Below are positions 55,397 to 63,807 of a stretch of DNA of 64,000 bases, piece by piece. A program made the position numbers and the translations under genes. The DNA comes from Acidimicrobiales bacterium (GTDB lineage: Bacteria > Actinomycetota > Acidimicrobiia > Acidimicrobiales > AC-14). Numbering within the stretch: position 1 is the stretch's first letter; each line of letters starts with the position of its first letter. Where the stretch lies: positions 22,947 to 86,946 of the forward strand of contig DATAAF010000005.1 of NCBI GenBank assembly GCA_036260255.1, given 5' to 3'. The notes under the pieces are model-generated. The model searched no databases. It was not told where the DNA came from and was given only the letters and a program-made list of their open reading frames with translations.

Positions 55397-56434
55397 TCAC
55401 GTCCGGCGGGCCTCGAGCAGGGCGAACATCGACAGCGGCACGACCCGTTCGAGGCGGTACCCGCCGGCGGCGAGCAACGCCTCGAACTCCGGCTCGGACC
55501 GCTCCTTGCCACCGAACATGACCAGCATCAGCAGGTCGGCCACGTAGTCCACCGCACTGGACTCGGGCCCGAGGACCCGCTCGACGAGGAGGACGCTGCT
55601 TCCCGGTCTGCCGGCGCGGTGGCAGCTGCGCAGGATCCTCTGGGCGTGGTCGTCGTCCCAGTCGTGGAGGATGTGCTTGAGCACGTAGAGATCGCCGCCG
55701 GCCGGGACCTCCTCGAAGAAGTCGCCGCCCGAGAGCCACACCCGGTCCGCCAGGCCCCTCGCCTCGACGGCGGCCCGGGCGCCCTCGAGGACCTCGGGGA
55801 GGTCGAACAGGACGCCCTCGGCCGAAGGGTTGGCCTCGAGGAGCCGAGCGAGGAGGGCGCCTTGGCTGCCGCCCACGTCGACGATCCGCCGGAAGGGGGA
55901 CACGTCGAAGTGGGCCACCACCTCCTCGGCCACCACCTCCGACACGTTGGACATGGCGGCGGCGAAGGCCGCCCCCTCCTCGGGGTTCTGGCGGTAGTAC
56001 TCCCACAGGCCCGTTCCCAGGACGCTCGGGGCCGCCGCCCCGCCGGTGCGAACGCTCTCGAGGAGCCGCTCGATCGAGCGCCAGTGGCCGGGAGCAGCCA
56101 TCGCCAGCGCCAGGTCCCGGAGCGACCGGCGGTCCGACCGCAGCCAGTCGCCGAGGGGGGTCAGGGCGAAGACGTCGTCGGCGCGCCGTTCGAGGAGGCC
56201 GAGGGCGGCGCACGTGCGGAGGAAGCGGACGAGGGCGTCGGCCGGCGCGCCGGTCAGCTCGGCCAGCTCGGTCCCCGAGCGCGGCCCTCCGGCCAGCTCG
56301 TCGACGATCCCGAGACGGACCAGCGAGGCGACGGTCTGGGAGCTCACGTGCCCGAAGATGAGCTGGCGCAGCTGGAGCGCCGGGGTCGTCACCCCGTCCT
56401 CCCGCTCGCCGGGCAGACGCTGGACACCACCCAT
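55397..56434 (-). CDS. SAM-dependent O-methyltransferase (class I, COMT-like, with N-terminal dimerisation/winged-helix domain)
   Basis: VASLVRLGIVDELAGGPRSGTELAE; IVDVGGSQGALLARLL (SAM motif I); YVLKHILHDWDDDHAQRIL. Confidence 0.85.
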   Translation of the reverse strand: MGGVQRLPGEREDGVTTPALQLRQLIFGHVSSQTVASLVRLGIVDELAGGPRSGTELAELTGAPADALVRFLRTCAALGLLERRADDVFALTPLGDWLRSDRRSLRDLALAMAAPGHWRSIERLLESVRTGGAAAPSVLGTGLWEYYRQNPEEGAAFAAAMSNVSEVVAEEVVAHFDVSPFRRIVDVGGSQGALLARLLEANPSAEGVLFDLPEVLEGARAAVEARGLADRVWLSGGDFFEEVPAGGDLYVLKHILHDWDDDHAQRILRSCHRAGRPGSSVLLVERVLGPESSAVDYVADLLMLVMFGGKERSEPEFEALLAAGGYRLERVVPLSMFALLEARRT

Positions 56435-56455
56435 TTGCAGGCGTACACATCTCTC

Positions 56456-56638
56456 ATGGCGACCGAACCGAAGGTAACGGTCCACGTCGACGAGCACGGT
56501 GCCGTCCGGGTGGAGGTGGCGGGACAGGCCGAGCTCGCCGAGGACGACCTCGTGGCCGAGAAGCCGAGCGAACCGGTGGCCGCCTTCGGCGACGAGGAGT
56601 TCAAGGCCCGCCAGCACATCCGCTGGAGCGGCGGCTGA
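56456..56638 (+). CDS. Hypothetical 60-aa acidic protein
   Basis: ATG at 56456 in a less G+C-rich spacer: MATEPKVTVHVDEHGAVRVEVAGQAELAEDDLVAEKPSEP. No family recognised; could be non-coding. Confidence 0.3.
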   Translation: MATEPKVTVHVDEHGAVRVEVAGQAELAEDDLVAEKPSEPVAAFGDEEFKARQHIRWSGG

Positions 56639-56651
56639 TCCGCTCGAGCGG

Positions 56652-56948
56652 CTAGGAGGCCTTCCGCCGGAGGGCGGCGCGCTGCCTGGGCGTCGTACCC
56701 GCCCAGATGCCCGGCATGTTCTCGGACAGGGCGTAGGCGAGGCACGGCTGGCGGGTGGGGCAGCGGGAGCACACCGCACGGGCGGGCTCGGCGTTGCCCC
56801 CCGGCTCGATGAAGAAGATCTCCGCGGGCATGCCCTTGCAGGCGGCGTCGGCCATCCAGGCCGGCCGCTGGAGCAGCTCGGCCAGCGAAACGGCCAACCG
56901 GTCGCCGGGCGCCATGAGGGCTTCGAGCTCGGGGCGGGTCAACAACAC
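56652..56948 (-). CDS. WhiB-family redox-sensing transcriptional regulator
   Basis: Four Cys (AACKG..CSRCPTRQPC), the GIWAG turn, and a basic tail RQRAALRRKAS. Confidence 0.85.
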   Translation of the reverse strand: MLLTRPELEALMAPGDRLAVSLAELLQRPAWMADAACKGMPAEIFFIEPGGNAEPARAVCSRCPTRQPCLAYALSENMPGIWAGTTPRQRAALRRKAS

Positions 56949-56970
56949 TGTTGCCAGTGTTGCACATGTG
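56943..56970. promoter_or_regulatory. Adjacent palindromes at the whiB-like start: CAACACTG-ttgc-CAGTGTTG and CACATGTG
   Basis: Read directly: an 8-bp perfect inverted repeat with a 4-nt spacer (56943-56962) overlapping the GTG start, then the 8-bp palindrome at 56963-56970. Confidence 0.3.
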
Positions 56971-57281
56971 ACTGGTGTGCTTAAAGAGGAAAGTGCCGAC
57001 GAGTCGGTCGTACCTCCCGAGATGGGTGGGCACCGGGGCCGGGGGTACCGTCGCCGCCGGGGTCTCGCCGGCGTCGGCGGCGGCCGCCACGGCGCTGCTC
57101 GCGCTCGCCCCCAGGGTTGTCCGTCCTCGCCCTCCCGGGGGTCCCCGTGCGCGGCGCTCCGATCTCCCTACCATCGCTGCGGTCCGGCCGCCCCGCCGAT
57201 CGGGTCTTCAGCCTCCCGAGCCCGGTCGCCACCGCCGTCGGCGCGGTGATGGCGGAGCCCGGGTCTCGGGGCCCGCCGAGC

Positions 57282-58637
57282 TCACCGGCCGGCGACGCAC
57301 GGCTGGTTGACGGTTCTCACGCGATTGCGCGACCACCGGTTGCTGCCGCAGCCGGGGTTGTAGTCGCCCCCGTCGACGCCGTCGTAGTTGGCGTAGACAT
57401 CCCCTTCGCTGATCTCGCGGACCCGGGCGGGGTCCCAGCCGTTCCCCCGGCCCCGGTTCCCCGTCACCTCGGTCTCGACCGTGCCCTCGGCCAGGTGGAT
57501 CCCGTCGAGGAGGTTGTCGTTGACGACGTTGTTGCGGACGGTGTTGCCGTGCTCGCCGACGACGCCGCTGCCGGGCGTCGGCCCGGTGACCTCGATGCCG
57601 GACGCGAAGTTGCCGGAGGACTCGTTGCCCTCGATGAGGTTGCCGTAGGACACGTGGATGAACGGGGGCCCGGAGTGGTGCAACTGGATCCCCGACGACC
57701 GGTACGCCTCGGTGCCGTCCCCGGTGCTGTCGTGGACCCGAAGGCCCGTCTGGTAGATCCGGTTCCTGCGGACGACATTGAAGCCGTTGTTCGTGCCCAC
57801 CTCCATGTGGAAGCCGGTGATGAGGACGCCGGCCAGCCCGTTCCTCTGCATCAGGTTCCGCTCGACCACGTTGCGCTCGGCCCCCGGCCCCTCGATGCGC
57901 ACGCCGACGTCCTGGGAGTGCCGGCCCCACGCGTCGCAGCAGAAGGGTGGCGGGTCGGGGATGGGACCGTTGGCGGTCGAGCCGCACACTGTCCCCGTGC
58001 CGGCGGGCGTCTCGTTCATGACGTCGTTGTCCCGGATGTCGTTGTTCGCCACCCGGTTGCGGTCGGAGTCGAACACCAGCGAGACGGCCGAGAACGGCCC
58101 GTTGCCGTAGAGGAGGTTCTGCTCGATGACGTTGTCGTTCGAGCCGAAGGCGGTGATGCCGTCGCCCAGTTCGCAGTAGGGGCCCACGTTGGGGACGATG
58201 TCCTCGGGCTGCGAGTCCCGCCCGGTGACCATCCGGTAGTTGACGTTGTCGCGGGCGGTGACCCGGCGGACGGTGTTGCGTCCGCCGCCCATGATGACCA
58301 CGCCGGCGTCGAACCGCTCGACCGTGCCGTTCCGCACCGTGACCCTCGTGACCTGCCGGAGGATGATGCCGGCCTTGTCGGGTGCCGTCCGCGCCTGTGG
58401 GTCGCCGATCACCCTGTGGCCGCCGAGGTCCACGGTGATGTTGTCGGCGGCGATGACGATCCCCTCGCCCGGGCACGGCCCGACGTCGCCGGAGAGCCTC
58501 GTGTCCCGAGTGATGACGGCACCGCAGCCGACGGCCTGACCCTCGGCCACGTCGACCAGCACCGTCGCCGTCAAGAGCAGCGCCGCCCCCACCCCGACCG
58601 CCGCTCGCGATGCTCGCTCGTTGATCCCACCGGTCAT
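57282..58637 (-). CDS. Secreted right-handed parallel beta-helix repeat protein (pectin-lyase-fold/NosD-like), Cys-rich
   Basis: Signal peptide AAVGVGAALLLTATVLV. Repeated xNxVxxNxIxxN-type turns (NTVRRVTARDN, NVIEQNLLYGN, NRVANNDIRDN, NVVERNLMQRN, NLIEGNESSGN, NTVRNNVVNDN). Confidence 0.75.
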   Translation of the reverse strand: MTGGINERASRAAVGVGAALLLTATVLVDVAEGQAVGCGAVITRDTRLSGDVGPCPGEGIVIAADNITVDLGGHRVIGDPQARTAPDKAGIILRQVTRVTVRNGTVERFDAGVVIMGGGRNTVRRVTARDNVNYRMVTGRDSQPEDIVPNVGPYCELGDGITAFGSNDNVIEQNLLYGNGPFSAVSLVFDSDRNRVANNDIRDNDVMNETPAGTGTVCGSTANGPIPDPPPFCCDAWGRHSQDVGVRIEGPGAERNVVERNLMQRNGLAGVLITGFHMEVGTNNGFNVVRRNRIYQTGLRVHDSTGDGTEAYRSSGIQLHHSGPPFIHVSYGNLIEGNESSGNFASGIEVTGPTPGSGVVGEHGNTVRNNVVNDNLLDGIHLAEGTVETEVTGNRGRGNGWDPARVREISEGDVYANYDGVDGGDYNPGCGSNRWSRNRVRTVNQPCVAGR

Positions 58638-58894
58638 CGCCCCTCCCGCTCTCCGTCAACGCCGCCGCCGGGACTTCTACCACGCCTCCCGGGGCGCCGG
58701 TAGGGGCGGGCGACAGACAGTGGAACGGCGCCCGATCGCCTCTTTGCACGGTTGACGACCTCTGGCGGTCGTCGAGCGTCCAGGGAACGACGCAAGCACC
58801 GCTTGCCACGGTGTTCGGCGGGCACGGTCGGCGGGAGCGGCGAGCGGGTCGTGGGACCGGCGGCGGACCGGTGCACGGGAGAAGGGGGTCGATC

Positions 58895-59323
58895 GTGGCG
58901 GGCGTCAAGGGCGTCGTGGACGAGTTCAAGGCGTTCATCCTGCGGGGGAACGTCCTCGACCTGGCAGTGGCGGTGATCATCGGCGTCGCCTTCAGCGCTG
59001 TCGTTGAAGCGTTCACGGACGGCATCTTGATGGCGCTGATCGCGGCGATCTTCGGCGAGCCCAACTTCGACGACATCACCGTGCACCTCGGGGACGGACG
59101 GATCCTGATCGGAGCCTTCCTGACCGCGGTGGTGAACTTCGTGCTGATTGCCTTGGCGCTGTTCCTCGTCATCAAGGCGGCGGCCCGGCTGATGCCGAGG
59201 AAGCCGGAGCCGGCGGAGGAGGCACCGGTGCCGAGCGACGAAGCGCTGCTGCTCACCGAGATCCGCGACCTGCTTCGCGCCGGCCCTGACGCCAGTCGTC
59301 GCCGCAGCCCACCGCGGACGTAG
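58895..59323 (+). CDS. mscL: Large-conductance mechanosensitive channel MscL
   Basis: GTG at 58895. VDEFKAFILRGNVLDLAVAVIIGVAFSAVVEAFTDGILMALIAAIFG..FLTAVVNFVLIALALFLVIK. Confidence 0.9.
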   Translation: MAGVKGVVDEFKAFILRGNVLDLAVAVIIGVAFSAVVEAFTDGILMALIAAIFGEPNFDDITVHLGDGRILIGAFLTAVVNFVLIALALFLVIKAAARLMPRKPEPAEEAPVPSDEALLLTEIRDLLRAGPDASRRRSPPRT

Positions 59324-59486
59324 CGACCGGGCGAGTGGGCGACGAGCGTGACCGGACCTCCGACCCCTGCCGCGAAGGCACGTCCACGATCTGGTACCGC
59401 CTGAGCGCGACGCGGTGCCGCGACGGGACGTACCTCTGACTCACGACCGGACCACAGCGGAGTTGCGTGACTCCATTCGGCTTGTC

Positions 59487-60301
59487 GCCGTGAACGGCTG
59501 CCCTGGCCGCGCCACTCGACCACCACGATGGTGACGTCGTCCTACAGTTCGCCCTCCTGGTGGTGGAGGATGGCGTGAACGGGCGCAGCATGGTCTCCGG
59601 CGCACGCGTGGCCGCTGCGGACGTGCGTGTGATCATGTCGACCAGGCGGTCGACGCCCAAGAACTCTCCGTCGGCCGAGCGCGCCTCGACCACGCCGTCA
59701 GTGAAGAAGAGCACCTGGTCGGCCGGCTCGAGCATCTCCTCGCTCACCACCACCGACCCACTCATCCCGAGGGGGGAGTGACTTCCCGACAAGAGTCTTG
59801 ACGACCCGACCGTTTCGCGGGAGCAGGGGCGGCAGGTGGCCGGAGACCGAGCAGCGCAGCTGTCCCGAGGCAAGGTCGAGCTCGGCGAGCACCGCGGCGA
59901 CGAACCGATCGAGACCGAATTCGGTGGCAACGGCGCGATCGATGGCCGTCGCCGTCTCGACCAGACCCGCTCCCGCCCGCCAACTGCTCCGGGAAGCCGC
60001 CATGGCCACGCTGGCCAGCAGCCCCCGCCTCTAGGCCGTGGCCCATGGCGTCGAACACCGCGATGCGTGCGGTACGGGCGTCGACTGCCTAGTCGAAGGA
60101 GTCACCCCCCAGTTGGTAGACGGGAGCGACCACGCCGCTGATGACCACCCGGTCGGTGCCGAAGGTGAGGGGTGGCAGCACGCGCCAAACCCGCTCCGCG
60201 ACCACTGACATGGGTCGGCGCCGCCGGACCCGCTCGAAGAGGTCGCCGTACACCTGCTTGGTCAGCACCACCTCGGCGATGAGCCCGGCGAACACGCGCA
60301 C
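59487..60301 (-). pseudogene. PP2C/SpoIIE-family phosphatase domain broken by frameshifts and in-frame stops
   Basis: Domain pieces lie in different minus-strand frames. (1) LPPLTFGTDRVVISGVVAPVYQLGGDSFD then TAG (60089). (2) VFDAMGHGLEAGAAG. (3) AIDRAVATEFGLDRFVAAVLAELDLASGQLRCSVSGHLPPLL. (4) PLGMSGSVVVSEEMLEPADQVLFFTDGVVEARSADGEFLGVDRLVDMI. (5) HAILHHQEGEL-TAG-DDVTIVVVEW. Confidence 0.7.
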
Positions 60302-60379
60302 GTCGTGGGGTCCGGCTCGTCGCCGCCGAAGGTCAGCTCGAGCCTCTCCGCCCCCACGACCCCACTCACCTCGGTTTGC

Positions 60380-60420
60380 GGTGGGCGATGAGGGTCTCGA
60401 TCCCCCGACCTCTGCCGTGT
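60380..60420 (-). other. tRNA 3'-end-like fragment (degenerate T-arm plus acceptor 3' strand), possible integration-site remnant
   Basis: Minus strand reads CACGGCAGAGGUC-GGGGG-AUCGAGA-CCCUC-AUCGCCC-A-CC. There is no matching 5' acceptor strand, so this is not a complete tRNA. ATCGCCCA recurs 45 nt upstream on the same strand. Confidence 0.3.
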
Positions 60421-60578
60421 GAAGGTGATCTGGGCGATTTTCTGACCAGCCGCGAATCGAACAAAAGTGCTGGTCAGAGGCCGTTTCGGGTGTCCGCGAG
60501 TGACCGCCGTTGACACCCGTTTTCGAACATTCCGCGGGTTTTTCGCGGGTGCGCGAGACACGCGGTAGTGCGGCGGGG

Positions 60579-60977
60579 TCAGGTCGGCGCTGACCTGGGA
60601 AGCCCGAGCGCCGTCGCGGCCGTGCTCATCCGTTGGTCGTAGGTCACGACGGTCCGGAGGTCCCCGCCAACCAGCTGGGCACAGGCGAGGTGGATGGCGT
60701 CGAGGCTGCGAAGGACCAACCCGGGGCCGATCGTCGCCGCACTGTCGAGGAGGGCCGCGTCGAGGTTGACCTGATGCAACCGAGCAAGCTGCCGTTGGGC
60801 ATCGGCGATCGCTGGCCCGCCCCCGCCTGCGACGGCACGCACGACCTCGACTCGAGCGAGGGAGCTCGTCACTCGCTCGTCCGAACTGTGCTGCCGGAGG
60901 TAGCGCCTCAGCGGGTCTGAGTGCGCCTCCTTTTGGACCAGCTTCACGATCGCCGAGGAATCGAGGTAGATCTTCAG
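60579..60977 (-). CDS. vapC: PIN-domain toxin VapC (type II TA)
   Basis: (L)KIYLDSSAIVKL..SLARVEVV..LRSLDAIHLA..VVTYDQRM gives the four PIN acidic positions. The first canonical start (GTG at 60947) lies after the YLD Asp, so the feature is extended to CTG at 60977, which overlaps the antitoxin stop (CTGA). Confidence 0.75.
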   Translation of the reverse strand: MKIYLDSSAIVKLVQKEAHSDPLRRYLRQHSSDERVTSSLARVEVVRAVAGGGGPAIADAQRQLARLHQVNLDAALLDSAATIGPGLVLRSLDAIHLACAQLVGGDLRTVVTYDQRMSTAATALGLPRSAPT

Positions 60978-61240
60978 CGCTCGTCGTCCCGCATCGCCAG
61001 CAACTGTGCCGAGGCGTCGATCCCGTAGTCCCTCGGGGCTTCGTCGAGGACGTCACCCTCCTCCGAGGGTGCGCTCACCCGTCCGCTGGCCAGGAGCGCC
61101 TGCCACTGGTCGCTTCGGACCGGAACGAGCAGCGCCACCGGTCGACCGCGATCCGTCACCTCGAGCGTTTCCCCGCCGGCGACGCGGGCGAGGTACCGGC
61201 TCGCGTGCTGTCGCAGCTCTCGGACGCCGATGCGATCCAT
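60974..61240 (-). CDS. Phd/YefM-family antitoxin
   Basis: MDRIGVRELRQHASRYLARVAGGETLEVTDRGRPVALLVPV is a typical Phd/YefM N-terminus. Sits directly upstream of the PIN gene. Confidence 0.85.
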   Translation of the reverse strand: MDRIGVRELRQHASRYLARVAGGETLEVTDRGRPVALLVPVRSDQWQALLASGRVSAPSEEGDVLDEAPRDYGIDASAQLLAMRDDER

Positions 61241-61257
61241 GTGCTACATGGTAGCAC
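61241..61257. promoter_or_regulatory. Palindrome GTGCTAC-atg-GTAGCAC abutting the antitoxin start codon (candidate TA operator)
   Basis: Read directly: 7-bp perfect arms. A second GTAGC..GCTAC pair follows (61251-61273). Confidence 0.4.
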
Positions 61258-61570
61258 TCTTACGTAGAGCTACCCGTGTCGGCGGGCGACACCGCGGCAC
61301 GCGAATACGACGGCTCGCCCGAGGCCTCCTGCGCAGTGGCGCAAGCCCCGTGGCCACTGCCGTTGCGACGGTCTCAAACGCCGCAGCGATACTGGCCGTG
61401 CCGCGGACGTGGACGACCGGTGAGAACCGGCACATACTGGTTGGTGCGCATCAACAGTCGCCAGGCCCAGCAGTCCCGCCAAGTGCCCCGACTCGCTGGC
61501 GAGCCGGAAGGGCCAATCGTCCGATGCCGGAGCCGCGGCGTGAGGATCAGCGGTGCTCAACGCCGAGCGC

Positions 61571-62493
61571 TCACCCTCTCTTGGTCGCTCGTCGCAGCCG
61601 TCGCCAGAGACGGAACGCGAGGACGCCGCTGAGCCCGCTTGTCATGAACGCCAACGGCGTCCAAAGCGACAGTTCGCCCCCCGGCGGTTCCTCCTCATCC
61701 TCCTCGAAGACTCGCGTGGGCCTCTCAGGGTCATAACGCAGCGGGATTCGATCTCCGACGCGGGCGTCAAAACCTCTGGCGACGGTCTCGCTCATCAGTT
61801 CCCGGTCGCCGACCCGATATCGCACCACCGCCTCTCGACCGCCTCGGAGGTCATTGGTGAACAGCAGGATCTCCCCCTCGACCGGCACGCTCCGGCGTCG
61901 GATGACGTCTGAGCGATCGGCGGCGTCGGCGACGCCGTAGAAGAGCGCTCCGAGGGAAGAAACGAACACGACGACCAAGAGCTTGAGCAGCCTTCGCTGC
62001 TTGGCTCGATCGAGACTGTTGAGTCGCTCCGAGGCGCCGGCAGCCGAACGCACCGACCAGCCGAGGCGTACACCCACTTCCGGCGCACCCTGTTTCAACC
62101 GCTCGAGGAAAGGCTTGAGTTGGCCGCTAGCCCAGACAAGGAGCGGCCGGCCGTTCCGGTACTCGATGACCTGTACGCCAAGTCCGAGCAGCATCGGGCG
62201 GACCTGAACGAGGTCCGCGAGACGAACGGACCCGCTTGCAAGCGGCGCCTTCCAGGCAAGCTCGTCGTTCGTGAGCTCGAGCTCGTGGACGAACCGGAAG
62301 AGGAACCAGTAGGCGTTCCATGCGACGCCCCCGATCCCCAAGAGGAAGAAGCCCGTGTCTTCGCTCGTCCCGTCGCAACCGAGACGAGCATCCAGGCCTC
62401 CACGGCGCCGAAGACCGCGAACATCACCAGCACTTGGAGCCGGTAGAACCGGTGAACCTGGTACCTCGCTCGCGCAGCATCGTTCACGCTCAT
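61571..62493 (-). pseudogene. Membrane protein (2 TM + bPH-like + TM + DUF3592-like domain) with an apparent frameshift between TM1 and TM2
   Basis: ATG at 62493 gives MSVNDAARARYQVHRFYRLQVLVMFAVFGAVEAWMLV. The rest is in another frame: SEDTGFFLLGIGGVAWNAYWFLFRFVHELELTNDELAWK..GEILLFTNDLRGGREAVVRYRVGDRELMSETVARGFDARVGDRIPLRYDPERP. That downstream frame has no nearby start. Confidence 0.55.
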
Positions 62494-63191
62494 CAATGTT
62501 CCACCGCACGATTGCGCAACACTCCCACTGACTCTTGCTCCCGGCGCAACGTGCACCACTCGATGAAGTCGGCGATCGAATCCAGTCAGACCGCGGCGAC
62601 GGGCTTGCCCACCGGCCGAGATTCACGACGTGAGGGCGATACCCTTCGGTCGACGAACGGTCGGGTCGACAACTACCGGCACGTACTTGTCGGTGTCCAC
62701 TGCCGATGGGTTCGGCGGGTATCTGGAGTTCCCCGTCCGTCCGCATGGCCCGCCGTTCCCGGGACGGTTCACCGGACCACCCTTGTGAGACGCGGCCCCT
62801 CGAAAAGGCCGAGCAGGTGACAGCACTCCGGCAGGGTGGTTCCACTTGCGGGCAATCCCTCCTACTTCGAGGAGACGACTCCCATAGCGTCGCGGGCAGC
62901 GAGCGGGCGGCGGAGGTGGCGGACCCGATGGCCAACACCGTCCACCTTGCTTGCCAGGCAGTGGGAACCGCGGAACGATTCGCCAGGCAGAGGCAACGAG
63001 CTGAGTCGCCGCGGAACGCGGCTCGCGGCCTCGGGGATGGGAGCGTGCAACCGGCCGGCCGCAGGGGCTGCGGTGGTACGATGAGCGGCACAGAACCCAC
63101 GACTTGTTGGGGACGCCTCGTTTGCAGGACGGTCTGGGCTCCGCCCGGACAGGCCCGACGCCCTCTCTGAGCCTTGAGCTGAGGAGCGTCC

Positions 63192-63452
63192 ATGACCCGA
63201 GGCACAACGCCTTACCCCCTCCCAATCGCCGCCGACGAAGCGACTGTCGATCCGCCGGACGACGACCAAGTGCTGCCCCGGCAGTGCGGGCGCTGCCGGA
63301 TGATGTTCAAGGGTGACCCGACGCTCGACGTGCGGGCGCGCATGGACTGATGTCTGTGCCCGAGCTGCGAAGCGATTCTGCTTCCGGGCAGTACTCGACG
63401 AGCGCAAGTCCTGGCGTTCCGTCACCCCTCGCAGGGCAGCGATGACGCCTGA
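63192..63452 (+). pseudogene. Small CxxC..CxxC zinc-ribbon ORF interrupted by an in-frame TGA
   Basis: gaggag then ATG at 63192: MTRGTTPYPLPIAADEATVDPPDDDQVLPRQCGRCRMMFKGDPTLDVRARMD-TGA(63348)-CLCPSCEAILLPGSTRRAQVLAFRHPSQGSDDA-TGA. Confidence 0.45.
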
Positions 63453-63765
63453 CAGGGCCACAATCGCCACGCCGGGCGTCCGCGCGACACGACCTCTGGG
63501 GCAGCGGCCGTTGCCGAGCGCACAGCGGCTTTGGAACTGCGCCACCAAGGTCTCCTCTCCTCTCGACCACCATGACACGCTGGCTGTCGTGCTGGAGTTG
63601 CTGCGAGAAGCGCGGCACGACGGCGTTACCCTGTCGGACGCCTTGACGCTCGGCCGGAGCCACGCGCGCGCGCATCCCTCCGACCCGGGTGCCAAGCGTG
63701 GCGTGCTGATGCTCGAAAAGGCGCTGACCTTCCTGGGTGTTGAGCCTCGGGCGGGCCACCGATGA
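63442..63765 (+). CDS. Hypothetical protein (107 aa)
   Basis: ATG at 63442 overlaps the end of the zinc-ribbon frame by 11 nt. Helical-looking HDTLAVVLELLREARHDGVTLSDALTLG. No family recognised. Confidence 0.35.
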   Translation: MTPDRATIATPGVRATRPLGQRPLPSAQRLWNCATKVSSPLDHHDTLAVVLELLREARHDGVTLSDALTLGRSHARAHPSDPGAKRGVLMLEKALTFLGVEPRAGHR

Positions 63766-63807
63766 GCGCGCACGCGGCGAGCTCAACCCGGCTCCTCGGG
63801 GATCCGG

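Noticed and set aside
57208-59526. 772-aa minus-strand ORF covering the beta-helix gene and mscL
   Set aside because: It is out of frame with the convincing beta-helix protein and antisense to mscL. Only its first ~6 codons (VVEW..) overlap the short C-terminal remnant (DDVTIVVVEW) of the PP2C pseudogene.
63348-63350. In-frame TGA as a selenocysteine codon
   Set aside because: I saw no stable SECIS-like hairpin immediately downstream. A Sec directly before CLCPSC has no precedent I know of. The neighbourhood is full of other gene lesions, so nonsense mutation is the simpler reading.
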